This document shows, piece by piece, positions 43,252 to 53,837 of a stretch of DNA of 64,000 nucleotides; the stretch's first letter is position 1; every line of letters starts with the position of its first letter. The stretch is from assembly GCA_963796965.1 (NCBI GenBank), contig CAWCNS010000009.1:708254-772253 (forward strand), read 5' to 3'. The notes beneath the pieces are model-generated. The model had not been told where the DNA came from. It did no database searches and worked only from the letters and a program-made list of their open reading frames with translations. The DNA comes from Calditrichia bacterium. GTDB lineage: Bacteria > Calditrichota > Calditrichia > JAJRVZ01. Both the position numbers and the translations under genes were made by a program.

Positions 43252-43452
43252 ATGGAAAGACAGAATTTAACCATCGCTATACTTCTTTTAACTATCGTAA
43301 CCTTTTTCACATCATTATCTGCACAAGCTCTAAATGACAAAATTGATGCTATGGTTGAACAATATATTCAACTTGGTCAATTCTCCGGGACTATTTTGGT
43401 TGTCAAAGATGGCCAAGCATTCTATGCAAAAGCATTTGGCGAAGCAAATTAA
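43252..43452 (+). pseudogene. N-terminal fragment of a serine hydrolase (beta-lactamase class C-like)
   Basis: Signal peptide plus KIDAMVEQY...FSGTILVVKDG...KAFGEAN, then a stop before the SxxK motif, 4 bp from the convergent gene's stop. Confidence 0.75.
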
Positions 43453-43456
43453 GATT

Positions 43457-45001
43457 TTATTTAACCCAGGCTGGGACTTGATCCCAACTAAATCCAAACA
43501 CGGGTTCTGCGAGGAAATAGGCTACTAATAAAATTAATAAAAGTCCTAACAAATTCATAATTAATCCAATTTTAACCATGCTTTTTATACGGATATAGCC
43601 ACTACCAAAAACTATCGCGTTCGGTGGTGTCGCGACTGGTAACATGAATGCCGTTGAACAGGATATGGTAGCAGGGATCATCAAAATCATTGGATTTATT
43701 TCCAGAGCCATTGACAGTCCGGCTAAAATTGGAAGCAAGGTTGACGCCATGGCTGTATTGGATGCAAATTCTGTGGTAAAAGTAGCCATTGCGCTAACAA
43801 TTAATATCATCACTACCAAAGGTAGAAAATGAAAGGCTTTTAATTGTTCACCCAACCATTGCGTCAAACCTGACTCCTGGAATCCGTTTGCCAAAGCAAA
43901 TCCACCACCAAAAAGAAGTAATATTCCCCAAGGAACTCTTCGAGCCCAATTCCAGTTCATAAGCATCTCAATTTTGCCGTCCTTCTTTTGGCCAGAGGGA
44001 AGAATAAAAGTAAGTATAGCCATAAATATGGCCACGGTACTATCATGAACATATCCCTTTAAACCAAACAGACTGGCCCATCCTATTATTTTAAACGATC
44101 CAAGATCCAGATCCGAACGAAGAAGCCATAACAAACCTGTCGTCACAAAAACAGCAAGTGTAAGTTTTTCTGCTTTTGTCATGGGTCCGAGAGATATTAG
44201 TTCTCTGTCCATTACATCTGATTTGAATGAGTTGTCATCTTTTCCAACAGGTACGGCAATATATACAAGATAAATCCAGGCAAGAGGTAAAAATATAACT
44301 GAAAAAGGTAGAGCGAATAGCATCCACTGGATAAAACTAATTTGTGGAGCCAATGGAAAATTTGATTCTAGTATACCCACGAAAACAACATTTGGGGGTG
44401 TACCAATAATTGTGGCAATACCTCCGATACTTGCTGCGTAAGCAATAGCAAGCATAAGCGCCAGTGCAAAATTATTTTCCCCTTTTTCAAATCTTTCCCG
44501 ACCTATTGAACCGCCTAACTGAGATATGACAGCTAATCCAATTGGAACCATCATCATTGTTGTCGCCGTGTTCGAGATCCACATGGAAAGAAAGGCTGTG
44601 GCAATCATAAATCCCAATATGATCAATCGTTTATTTGTCCCGATGACATTTATAATATTTAACGCAATTCGCTTATGCAATTTCCAACGTTCGATTGTCA
44701 GAGCAATTATAAACCCACCCAGAAAAAGAAATATGAGATGATGCCCATAATTAAGAGTGGCTGTCGAAGTAGGCATAATTTTTAAGATGGGATATAAAAT
44801 AATCGGTAAAAGCGCGGTTATAGGAATTGGAACGGCTTCTGTTATCCACCACACAGCCATCAGCAATGCCGTCGCTGCCATCCTCTTTGCAGATATTGGC
44901 ATTATTGTATCCGGAATGATAAAAATCAGGCTAAAAAAAACTAATAGTCCCAGGATAAATCCATAATAATTATTTATAAATTTGTTTTTTACTTTTGGCA
45001 T
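43457..45001 (-). CDS. DASS/SLC13 sodium:dicarboxylate symporter
   Basis: WWITEAVP, SMWISNTAT, GTPPN, PWGILLLFGGG, TEFASNTA, FMLPVATPPNA. Confidence 0.93.
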   Translation of the reverse strand: MPKVKNKFINNYYGFILGLLVFFSLIFIIPDTIMPISAKRMAATALLMAVWWITEAVPIPITALLPIILYPILKIMPTSTATLNYGHHLIFLFLGGFIIALTIERWKLHKRIALNIINVIGTNKRLIILGFMIATAFLSMWISNTATTMMMVPIGLAVISQLGGSIGRERFEKGENNFALALMLAIAYAASIGGIATIIGTPPNVVFVGILESNFPLAPQISFIQWMLFALPFSVIFLPLAWIYLVYIAVPVGKDDNSFKSDVMDRELISLGPMTKAEKLTLAVFVTTGLLWLLRSDLDLGSFKIIGWASLFGLKGYVHDSTVAIFMAILTFILPSGQKKDGKIEMLMNWNWARRVPWGILLLFGGGFALANGFQESGLTQWLGEQLKAFHFLPLVVMILIVSAMATFTTEFASNTAMASTLLPILAGLSMALEINPMILMIPATISCSTAFMLPVATPPNAIVFGSGYIRIKSMVKIGLIMNLLGLLLILLVAYFLAEPVFGFSWDQVPAWVK

Positions 45002-45234
45002 CTAACCTCATTCTGAATCGAACACGTTTCCCTGTTCTATACATATTTTGAACAATAAAATGTAATAAAAAGACCATTCCTTGATCTATAACTCAATATA
45101 GAAGTGTGCAGTGAAAAATACAATATGGTAAGACACCTTCATTTTAGAGTTTGATAAATTACAATTTTCTGTAAATAATTTCACAGGAATGACGATTATT
45201 AGAATAAAGTGTTTTAGATATCGGATAAAGTATT

Positions 45235-45876
45235 ATGCAGGAAAAATTCTTAGAAACATCCAGATGTGCGCGTTATGTAACTCTTGGACAACCCTCAGAT
45301 GCTCTGAAACAAATATTTTACTTGTTTCACGGTTATGGACAACTCGCCACATCTTTCATCGAGGAATTTTCATATATTGCTCATGGGTCCAGATATTTTG
45401 TTGCCCCTGAGGGGCTTTCCCGTTTCTATCCATCTGGTTCATCTGGGAAGGTCGGTGCATCTTGGATGACAAGTGAACAAAGAGAACATGAAATAACAGA
45501 TTATCTGCAATATTTAGATAAATTGTATGAGATTGTTAGAAAAGATTTGCCTGATAAAAAACCGGAGTCCATTTTGTTGGGTTTTTCACAGGGTGTTGCA
45601 ACAGTATGCCGCTGGTTAGAGCAGTTAAAAGTCCCAGCCGATAAACTTATCCTATGGGCAGGAATCATTCCTCCTGAACTGGATCTCTGGCGAATCAAAG
45701 CGCATTACCCAGATCTCCAGGTATTTCTCGTTACCGGTACAAAAGATCCATTTGTTCGGTCCGATGTACTGCAAGAACAGGAGGATCGTCTCGAAAGAGC
45801 AGCAATGCATTATCGCAAGATTCGTTTTGAGGGAAAACATGAATTACATCCTCCTACTCTTCGCAAAATTATCTAG
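45235..45876 (+). CDS. Alpha/beta hydrolase (phospholipase/carboxylesterase)
   Basis: HGYGQ, GASWMT, GFSQG nucleophile elbow, GTKD, GKH. Confidence 0.88.
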   Translation: MQEKFLETSRCARYVTLGQPSDALKQIFYLFHGYGQLATSFIEEFSYIAHGSRYFVAPEGLSRFYPSGSSGKVGASWMTSEQREHEITDYLQYLDKLYEIVRKDLPDKKPESILLGFSQGVATVCRWLEQLKVPADKLILWAGIIPPELDLWRIKAHYPDLQVFLVTGTKDPFVRSDVLQEQEDRLERAAMHYRKIRFEGKHELHPPTLRKII

Positions 45877-45962
45877 ATGGTTCAATTTATATTTCAAAAA
45901 TCTTCTTTTATCTTGCTTAATCCCTTTGTATTTTTATAACAATCTTTAAACAAGTTTACCCA

Positions 45963-46769
45963 ATGCAAGATACCATCCCCAAAAACACATCTATTCTAAT
46001 TGGAACATCAGGATATTATTATCAGGACTGGAGGACTGTATTTTATCCATCTGAATTACCTGCAAATCAGATGTTAGAATATTACGCCCGGCACTTTAAT
46101 TGTGTCGAAATTAATGCAACTTATTATAGAATCCCCACTCAAAAAAACTTTGCCGGAATGGCAGATCGTACACCTGATGATTTTTTGTTTATTGTTAAGA
46201 CCAATCAGGAAACGACTCATCGTCGTAAGGAAAACAAACAAGCATTGATCCAACTATCTGACGCCATCAAACCATTGATTGAGGCTAATAAATTTGAAGG
46301 GTATCTAGCTCAGTTTCCCTATTCATTCAAAAATTCAGAACAAAGTAGAAAATATCTGGTTGAAACAAAAAAGATAGTCGGAGATAAAACTTTATTTGTA
46401 GAATTTCGAAATAATACATGGCTAAAAAGCCAGGTGCCTGAGTTTTTGAAGAATAATGACATTAGTTATGTCAATGTCGACCAACCTCAATTAAAAGGCT
46501 TATTGCCATCTCAGGATATAAATACAACAAGGCAAGGGTATATACGTTTTCACGGGAGAAATGATAAAGATTGGTGGGACGGCCAGGGTTCCGCCCGATA
46601 TGATTATGAATATGCTGATGAGGAATTAAAAGAGTGGATGACCAATATCAGTAATATTCTAAGAAAAACCTATAAAACCTATATCTTTTTTAACAATCAC
46701 CCCAATGGTCAAGCTATAAAGAATGCTAAACAAATGATTGAAATTCTGAGATCAAAATCATTGTTATAG
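45963..46769 (+). CDS. DUF72 (YecE-like) protein
   Basis: IGTSGY, VEINATYY, QFPYSF, VEFR, YIRFHGRN, FFNNH. Confidence 0.92.
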   Translation: MQDTIPKNTSILIGTSGYYYQDWRTVFYPSELPANQMLEYYARHFNCVEINATYYRIPTQKNFAGMADRTPDDFLFIVKTNQETTHRRKENKQALIQLSDAIKPLIEANKFEGYLAQFPYSFKNSEQSRKYLVETKKIVGDKTLFVEFRNNTWLKSQVPEFLKNNDISYVNVDQPQLKGLLPSQDINTTRQGYIRFHGRNDKDWWDGQGSARYDYEYADEELKEWMTNISNILRKTYKTYIFFNNHPNGQAIKNAKQMIEILRSKSLL

Positions 46770-46892
46770 TGATACACCATAAGATTCTAGGATCCCACTT
46801 TCAATATATTTTAATTACATCTTCACGAAATTTGACATTACAAACGAAAGGCCTGCTTACACCAAACCATAACATAAATATATTCCTATACC

Positions 46893-49800
46893 CTATCGTG
46901 CTTGAAGTGTAATATCAGTGGTTCTTTCCTTCCCCTCATGAATAAAGACAATTGTGGTTGTATCACCTGGTTTATAGGCTTTAAGGGCGTTTGAGTAAGA
47001 CTTCAGATCCGCGACTGGCATCTCACCCAGACGGATGATCACATCGCCTTTTTGGAGACCTGCTTTCGCCGCCGGGGAATCGGCAGAAACATCCGCAGCG
47101 CGCACCCCCTCCCCCTGAAAAGCAAAGTCCGGCATTACCCCTGTTCCTACCTTGCGACTCCCTGAACTCGCAGAAGGATGTTTCCCGGTCGATAGGGCTC
47201 CTGAAAAATTCATAGGTTCCTCACGCTCAGCAAGATACATCAGAGCCTCTCTGGTAAAAGTGGCAACTTTCACCATTCCGGCCGCATCAATTTTATCAGG
47301 TGTATCTGTCGGGCGGTGATAGTCATGATTAGGACCGGAAAAAATCTGGATTGCAGGCACACCGGCTTTTATAAAACTGACCTGGTCACTGGCATCCAGA
47401 TCTTGGGTTACTAATTCGTAAGGAATACCAGTAACAAAACCGATACCCATGGCAATATGTTTCCACTCGCTGGCCGATGCACTATTCAACACCAGAATCT
47501 TGTTTTTACCCAAACGACCCACCGTATCCAGATTTATTGCTCCCATAATATTTTTTACTGGAAAATTTTTCATGTTTCTAACATAATATTTTGATCCCAT
47601 TAAACCGCTTTCTTCACCCGTGAATGCAACAAAAACTATGGTCCGGTCCGGAGAAATGGTTGTACCCAAAAGTTGGGCTAACTCGATCAGCACCGCAACC
47701 CCACTGGCATTATCATCAGCGCCATAATGGATTTTACCTTCATTGCCTTTTCGTACATCCGGCCAACCCAGGCCCAAATGATCATAATGGGCTGCAATGA
47801 CAACCGATTGTCCTTCCCATTCCTTCTTTTTACCCGGAATAATCCCAATAACATTTTTTAAAACAATCTCTTCACCTTTTTCCCCAGCTTTTTCCTGCCA
47901 GGTCTGAAAATAGCTGTTTCCCTCTCCACCGGTGATCAGACCGGCCTCCTTAAATTCTGATGCGATATATTTGGCAGCCTCCTCAAGACCTTTACTGCCA
48001 AGACCTCTACCCTGTAGGTCCTTACTGGCCAAAAAATTAACATGATCTGACATTCTTTTCTCAGAGAACACCGGGGCGAGCGTGGCTAAAGCATTACGCA
48101 CCGGAAAATTACCTTTTACAAGTTCCCGATCCGATTGTCCATCATAAGATATTATCGCACTTAATGGTGAATTTACTGCCGGCCATTGTCCTTTCAGAAT
48201 ATTAGTCGGCTCATCTCCTTCAAATGCCAGATAGCTGTATTTTCCATAATGGGGGAGTTTCCGCCCTAGCCCTGCCATGGCTTCACTTTTGTCTGAACTT
48301 AACCAAACCAGGACAAGATCCTCATTGCCGGGATTTCTTGTTGAAAGAATGATACTATTTTTTTCAGGATATGCTGTTGATTTGCCGATTCGATATTGAT
48401 CAGATTTCACATCTATATCATACGATGATAAACCTTCAATTATGATGTTTTTAAATCTATTATTGATCCCAAATAACCAGATTGCCCTGTCCGACGGTAG
48501 TTCCTTTAAGGCATCGTCTGTAGTGATTTTTATTTTACCTTTATCTGATGATGACCACGATTCAGCCAATTTTTCATAAGCTTCGATCATTACTTTACTC
48601 TCATCCGATGGCAAAACAATCAATATTTTTTCAGCCCCAAAAACCTGAGATAAGGAGGGCGGGATTTCGTTCCGATCCAATCGTCTGAATATATCAAATT
48701 GAGGATCAACCTCTATCCCCAAAGGACGCTTATTAAATGACAGAGTGAAAGATTGCTCTCTCTTCTCCATTTTCACATTTTCGATTTTTGCCATTTTCTC
48801 ATTTTCCAAATGGATAGCAATAGGAATATTTAAATGGTAAACATCATCTTTTTGGATCTGTTGAAGAGTGAAAAACAACTGATACTTTTCACCTTTTTTA
48901 ATTACAGAGGATTTTGAAAGATTTAAGACAGGTGCGCCACTTCTGCTTACCCATTGATCAAAATAATTATCGTATTTATTACCCGTAGCCTCCTCAAACG
49001 CCTTTTTAATGTCGTCATAACCGACTCTTTTAAACTTGTTCTTGCGATAATAATTTTGGAGTGCTTTTTTAAAAAGATCATCCCCAATTTCACGGCGTAG
49101 CATATGAAAAAGCATCATTGATTTATTGTATCCGATGGATGATGAAGCAGCATCCGTGCGGGAGATAAATTTACTTAGAGGGAATTCATTATCGGCATTA
49201 ACATAATCTGTATAAGCTTGCAGGGCTGATCGTCTGTATTCTTCCCCCTGTCCACGCTGCTCTTTGATCAACTGATCTGCCATATAGGCGGTTAATCCTT
49301 CACACCAGTTGCCTGATTTATAGTCCACAAAGACACTATTTCCCCACCAGTTATGTAAAAGTTCGTGGGGATAGGACGAATGCAGAATAAAGGGGAAACG
49401 AATTACTTTTTGTCCCAACAATGTAAATGAAGGCATACCATAACCAGTCTCCCAAAAATTTTCAATCAAGGCGAATTTTGTATAGGGATATTGACCAATT
49501 AATTGATTATACATATCCAGGTACTGTGCCGTCGTCTCTAAATACTTGTTGGCCAGGGAAATATCAGGTGAACGTAAATAGGCCAATACATTTACATTGC
49601 CTATCTGCTTATGATATTCATGAAAACGGGCAGCAATTAAAAAAACTTCATCCATAGGCTCAGGGGATTCCCACCTGACCAGATACTCCTGTTCCTGAAT
49701 GGTTTCTGTGACCCTTTTTCCCTGACTGACAACACGCCACTCAGGATCCGTAGAGACCGTCATGGAAAATGTTACTAATTCATTATTAAACCAGGGCAAC

Positions 49801-50288
49801 CAGAACGTAGATCCTGCCAGATATACACCCTCATCAGAAATTATTCCAGGCGTTTCACTAAAACCGCGTGCATATTCTTTGGAGAGTTGTTCGACCGGGT
49901 GGTGAACTTCACCCTCATAAGTCAGTTCAAGACGAACGTTGCTTACCTCACCTTTATTTCCACTTATCTTATATAAATTGCATTGCACTTGTTCGGGCGG
50001 ATCAAAATCATCTTCATTCATAGCAAAAAGACTTGCTTTCAGATCATTTTCAACCGGTTTAACCTGTATCTCCTGAGAAGAAGCAATTATCTTTAGATTA
50101 GAATGGAGTAGAAAATAAATATCGGATCCAAGTGCATCAGCCGGAATTTCAATTTTATCTGTTACCTTTATAACCTTTTCTCCTGGCTTTAGTTCAACAG
50201 TCAGATCGTGATGGATATATTGGTCTTTTGCGTGGAGGGAAGACAATAAAACAAATAGGATTAAATATTTGAAATAATGTTTGAACAT
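46893..50288 (-). CDS. Exported M1 aminopeptidase-like + M28 peptidase + PDZ fusion protein
   Basis: Signal peptide; GYGMP and HELLH-x18-E (WCEG); M28 motifs AHYDH, GADDNASG, GEE, NLD, DYH; C-terminal PDZ (GVMPDF...SPAAKAGLQKGDVI). Confidence 0.9.
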   Translation of the reverse strand: MFKHYFKYLILFVLLSSLHAKDQYIHHDLTVELKPGEKVIKVTDKIEIPADALGSDIYFLLHSNLKIIASSQEIQVKPVENDLKASLFAMNEDDFDPPEQVQCNLYKISGNKGEVSNVRLELTYEGEVHHPVEQLSKEYARGFSETPGIISDEGVYLAGSTFWLPWFNNELVTFSMTVSTDPEWRVVSQGKRVTETIQEQEYLVRWESPEPMDEVFLIAARFHEYHKQIGNVNVLAYLRSPDISLANKYLETTAQYLDMYNQLIGQYPYTKFALIENFWETGYGMPSFTLLGQKVIRFPFILHSSYPHELLHNWWGNSVFVDYKSGNWCEGLTAYMADQLIKEQRGQGEEYRRSALQAYTDYVNADNEFPLSKFISRTDAASSSIGYNKSMMLFHMLRREIGDDLFKKALQNYYRKNKFKRVGYDDIKKAFEEATGNKYDNYFDQWVSRSGAPVLNLSKSSVIKKGEKYQLFFTLQQIQKDDVYHLNIPIAIHLENEKMAKIENVKMEKREQSFTLSFNKRPLGIEVDPQFDIFRRLDRNEIPPSLSQVFGAEKILIVLPSDESKVMIEAYEKLAESWSSSDKGKIKITTDDALKELPSDRAIWLFGINNRFKNIIIEGLSSYDIDVKSDQYRIGKSTAYPEKNSIILSTRNPGNEDLVLVWLSSDKSEAMAGLGRKLPHYGKYSYLAFEGDEPTNILKGQWPAVNSPLSAIISYDGQSDRELVKGNFPVRNALATLAPVFSEKRMSDHVNFLASKDLQGRGLGSKGLEEAAKYIASEFKEAGLITGGEGNSYFQTWQEKAGEKGEEIVLKNVIGIIPGKKKEWEGQSVVIAAHYDHLGLGWPDVRKGNEGKIHYGADDNASGVAVLIELAQLLGTTISPDRTIVFVAFTGEESGLMGSKYYVRNMKNFPVKNIMGAINLDTVGRLGKNKILVLNSASASEWKHIAMGIGFVTGIPYELVTQDLDASDQVSFIKAGVPAIQIFSGPNHDYHRPTDTPDKIDAAGMVKVATFTREALMYLAEREEPMNFSGALSTGKHPSASSGSRKVGTGVMPDFAFQGEGVRAADVSADSPAAKAGLQKGDVIIRLGEMPVADLKSYSNALKAYKPGDTTTIVFIHEGKERTTDITLQAR

Positions 50289-50406
50289 GTTTTACCTCGA
50301 AAAAATTATTTTACTTACCATATCTGATGTTTTCACGTCACAATTGGAAATCTGGAATTGGGCTTTTTGTCTTATATTATCAATATAGGTATAAATGTAA
50401 CGACAC

Positions 50407-50587
50407 GATTAAGAGGCTGTGTACAAAAGAATTTAACCACGGAATTACACGGAGATTCACGGAATCTATATAGAAGATATAAATATTAATTAAAAATTAT
50501 ACCCCATTCTCTACTCAAAAATAATAGATCCATGCTATTCTGTGTTAGTCCGTGGTTGATTTTATATTCTCACACAGCCTTTTAATC
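50407..50587. mobile_element. MITE-like element with 16-bp terminal inverted repeats and internal 10-bp-period inverted repeats
   Basis: GATTAAGAGGCTGTGT / ACACAGCCTTTTAATC (1 mismatch); internal AACCACGGA-ATTACACGGA-GATTCACGGA mirrored by TCCATG...TCTGTG...TCCGTGGTT. Confidence 0.6.
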
Positions 50588-50741
50588 TCTTCGTTACGTA
50601 CGATCCAAAAAGATAATGCTCCGTAAATATCAAATATCACAAAGTTTAAGTTTTTCTATAATCTGCAATTCACTTTGTAAAGTCCCTGAAACTTGAATAT
50701 TCCATGTTGAATATTGAATTTATTTTTTACTAATTAAATAT

Positions 50742-53349
50742 TTATCTTACAATCACCGTCACCGGATTGGTGATCTTCATATATTTATCCGCCACTTTTT
50801 GCACATCAGAAAGCGTAACATTTTTTAATTTTGCTAAAAATTCCGAATCATACATGATATTTTGATGGAAATATTCCGAGTGACCAAGATAATAGCCTTT
50901 GTTAATACTGGAGAGACGACGGAACATCATACGTCCAAGATACATATTTAAGGATTTTTGTAAATCAAAATCTTTAAATGTTTCCACTAATTCCTGGTTA
51001 AAAAAACCGGGAGATTGCTCCAATATAGGATCAATATTGGCTGGTCTGGTTCCAAGATTTATATAAAACAAGGTATGATCACCAATAATATCAACGCCTG
51101 CTTTCATCCGGTAAGCACGCCCTTGCTTCTCGCGGATTTCAAATATAATATGATCAGAAAGAAGTAAACCAAGGGCTTGAAGGGCTGGTTTATCCTCTTT
51201 GTCGATTCCTTTTACAAATCCCCAAAACAAAAATGAACGCTCACCACCACCATTAGATTCTTCCCGAACTTCTTCACTTCCAACTTTAAGCGAACGAATA
51301 TAAGGTTCATCCACCACCGTATTATCAGCTGAATAATCTGCCTGATTCCCAATGGAATAAGTCAAAAATGTTTTTGGGCGTTTGTGGAGATACCACAGAA
51401 ATTATCATATTTGAGGGATGAAAATAATTCTTTGAAAACTTTAAAAGCGCATCATAGGTTAACGACTTAGAATTCACCACATATTTTTCATCGGCATATA
51501 TGTGGGAGCGATATGATTTTTCAAATAATTTTGAACTTTTTTTACTACCCATTCCCATCATAGAACGTTTCGTTTTTGCCATTGCTTTTTGAAATTCTTC
51601 TTCCTTAGGGATAAAATTGTTTATCTGATTTTTTAAATAATTGATGATTCCTGAAATATCGTCAGCTAATCCTTCGACACGGATATAACTGAAATCCGGA
51701 TCGAGATATATATCATCCATAGGGAAAAAGGGATTATCATTTACTTTATATGTTAGCCCAAACTGATTACTGATTTTTTGATTTTCTGTAGAGTTTAATC
51801 GTTGTCCCAGACAATCATGGAGCAACTTTGCAGCATCCTTCCCAAAAATTGCCTCATATTGTGCCTTATGTTTTATTAGGAAGTGGATAGCAAGCAGATT
51901 ACTGTTGACATTTTGTTCTGCGATAATACGCAGACCTGATTGTTTATCAAGAAACCATTCTGGTTTTGCGGCTAACTCATACTGCTGTTTTTCTTCAGAT
52001 ATTAAGGGTGATTGTAAAATAATTACCGGATTACCGGATATTTTAAATTGGGCTGTTTCAATCGCAGCCTGTGAATAGGACTCTTTTCTATATGATTTAA
52101 GAACACTTTCAATACCTTGTTCTGCAAATAGATGGGCATTATAAATGCCAAACATATGGGGTTTTTCGATATTTTTAATAAATGACGTTTTCGTAGATGT
52201 CGCCAGATACTCAATACTTTCTTTTGGTAGTATAAAATTGATATCCTTAAATAGATGGTTTAGATCAGTACTAAGACCGGAAAAATCGTTCTGGCTATCT
52301 GCAACCACGGATACTTTTAAATAATTTCCAACGGGTGTCCGAATATTTTCTGTTGTTAAAGATGTTTCAAGTCCTGGATATTTATCTTTTAGAGATTCTG
52401 CGATACGTGCCCGGTTTTTGGATATAACCTCATCCATCAAATCGAAATGAGCGTTTTGCCAAGGAAGAGGTAACGTATAATATAGCTGTAAGACGTGTTT
52501 TTCTCCATTGTAAAAGCGGTTAAAAGATTTACCAACAATATTTTCTACCACATTTATTTTATCAAATCCTGTTTTCCATAACTTACTTTCAGGAAATTGA
52601 ACTGTTCTTGGTACCGCAGTACCATACGTGTTTTGTATCCATACTAACATAGAATCGGTTGAAAAATTGCCGATGACACTCATAATCATATTATTGGGTA
52701 CATAGGTGTTTTTATAATAGTTATAAACGGCATCTCTGTTCATTGAAGCGATAGTCGCATAAGTACCAAGAGTGGGTAATGATAATGCATGCCCCTCAAA
52801 TAGAAGAGCATTAATATTTCGATCCATTTGTTCATCGCTATTTTCCAGACTGCGGGCAATTTCTTCTAATACTATTCCTTTTTCCTTTTCAAATTTTTCT
52901 TGAGGTAATATAGAGTTAAATAACATATCGGCTTGAATATCCATGCCCTTTTTAATATTTGTTGTTGGGGTTACCATCATATAATTTGTATAGAAATGAC
53001 CGGTATTTGCATTATTATAGCCTCCGATAAGATCCACACCATCATATAGCTCTTCCTGAGTTCTGCTGGTTGTCCCATTAAACAAAAGATGCTCAAGCAT
53101 ATGACTCATACCACTGGAGGAAAAGGTTTCGTAGGCAGAACCTGTTTTTACAACCACATTCACCCCGGTCATGGGTAAACCTTTATTCTCAATCAGCAAA
53201 ACCTGTAATCCATTATCCAGCGTATGGATCGATACGCCTTTAGGTAATGGATTAATAGAAATACGTTCCATCTTTTTTGTATCGGCATTTACCACACTTA
53301 ATAAGGCGAAAGACACTAAAACAAAAAAACTTTTTTCTATCAGTTTCAT
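50742..53349 (-). CDS. Exported M16 (pitrilysin/insulinase) zinc peptidase; apparent +1 frameshift at ~51341
   Basis: Signal peptide; SHMLEH (HxxEH), NANT, EKGIVLEE, YVPNNM. C-terminal piece 50742-51365 (EIREKQGRAY, VTLSDVQKVA) joins after removing one G. Confidence 0.88.
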
Positions 53350-53394
53350 CTAATTTTCTCCTGATTTTCTAACTTACAAATAACAAAAATAAAA

Positions 53395-53826
53395 TTAAAA
53401 ATTGAGAATACTATAATCTGTCTTGAGATAGTTGGTTAAGGGTTTCCCCATTCCAATAACTTCGATACCTATATTTTTGAGATCATCAGAGACATCATAT
53501 GAATTGGCACATACGACACATGCCTGAACCTGGACACCATCCTTAATCATGTTCTTTACCTTTTCCTGAAGTTCTTTATTCTCAGAGAGCAATTTTGCGG
53601 AAGGTCCCCAAACTATCAGAATAACATGATTAAACCATTTGGATCTTTGTGCTGCATGTGTATACATTAAGCAGACCTTTTCTGCCACATCAGGATCTCC
53701 ACTTGTCCAAAGGACAACTAACGTATCTTTACTACTTAATGTTTCACTTGTTTGCGCGGATAAAAAATTGGGGACCAAAAGGAGAATCAATAACAATATA
53801 CAATAAACATTATGTTTGGTATGCAT
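53395..53826 (-). CDS. DsrE family protein with signal peptide
   Basis: LVVLWTSGD, LIVWGPS, ACVVCA, MGKPLT. Confidence 0.8.
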   Translation of the reverse strand: MHTKHNVYCILLLILLLVPNFLSAQTSETLSSKDTLVVLWTSGDPDVAEKVCLMYTHAAQRSKWFNHVILIVWGPSAKLLSENKELQEKVKNMIKDGVQVQACVVCANSYDVSDDLKNIGIEVIGMGKPLTNYLKTDYSILNF

Positions 53827-53837
53827 TATAACCTCGT

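Noticed and set aside
50435..50557. CRISPR array
   Set aside because: Units are ~10 bp and inverted, with no 25-40 bp repeat-spacer structure and no cas genes.
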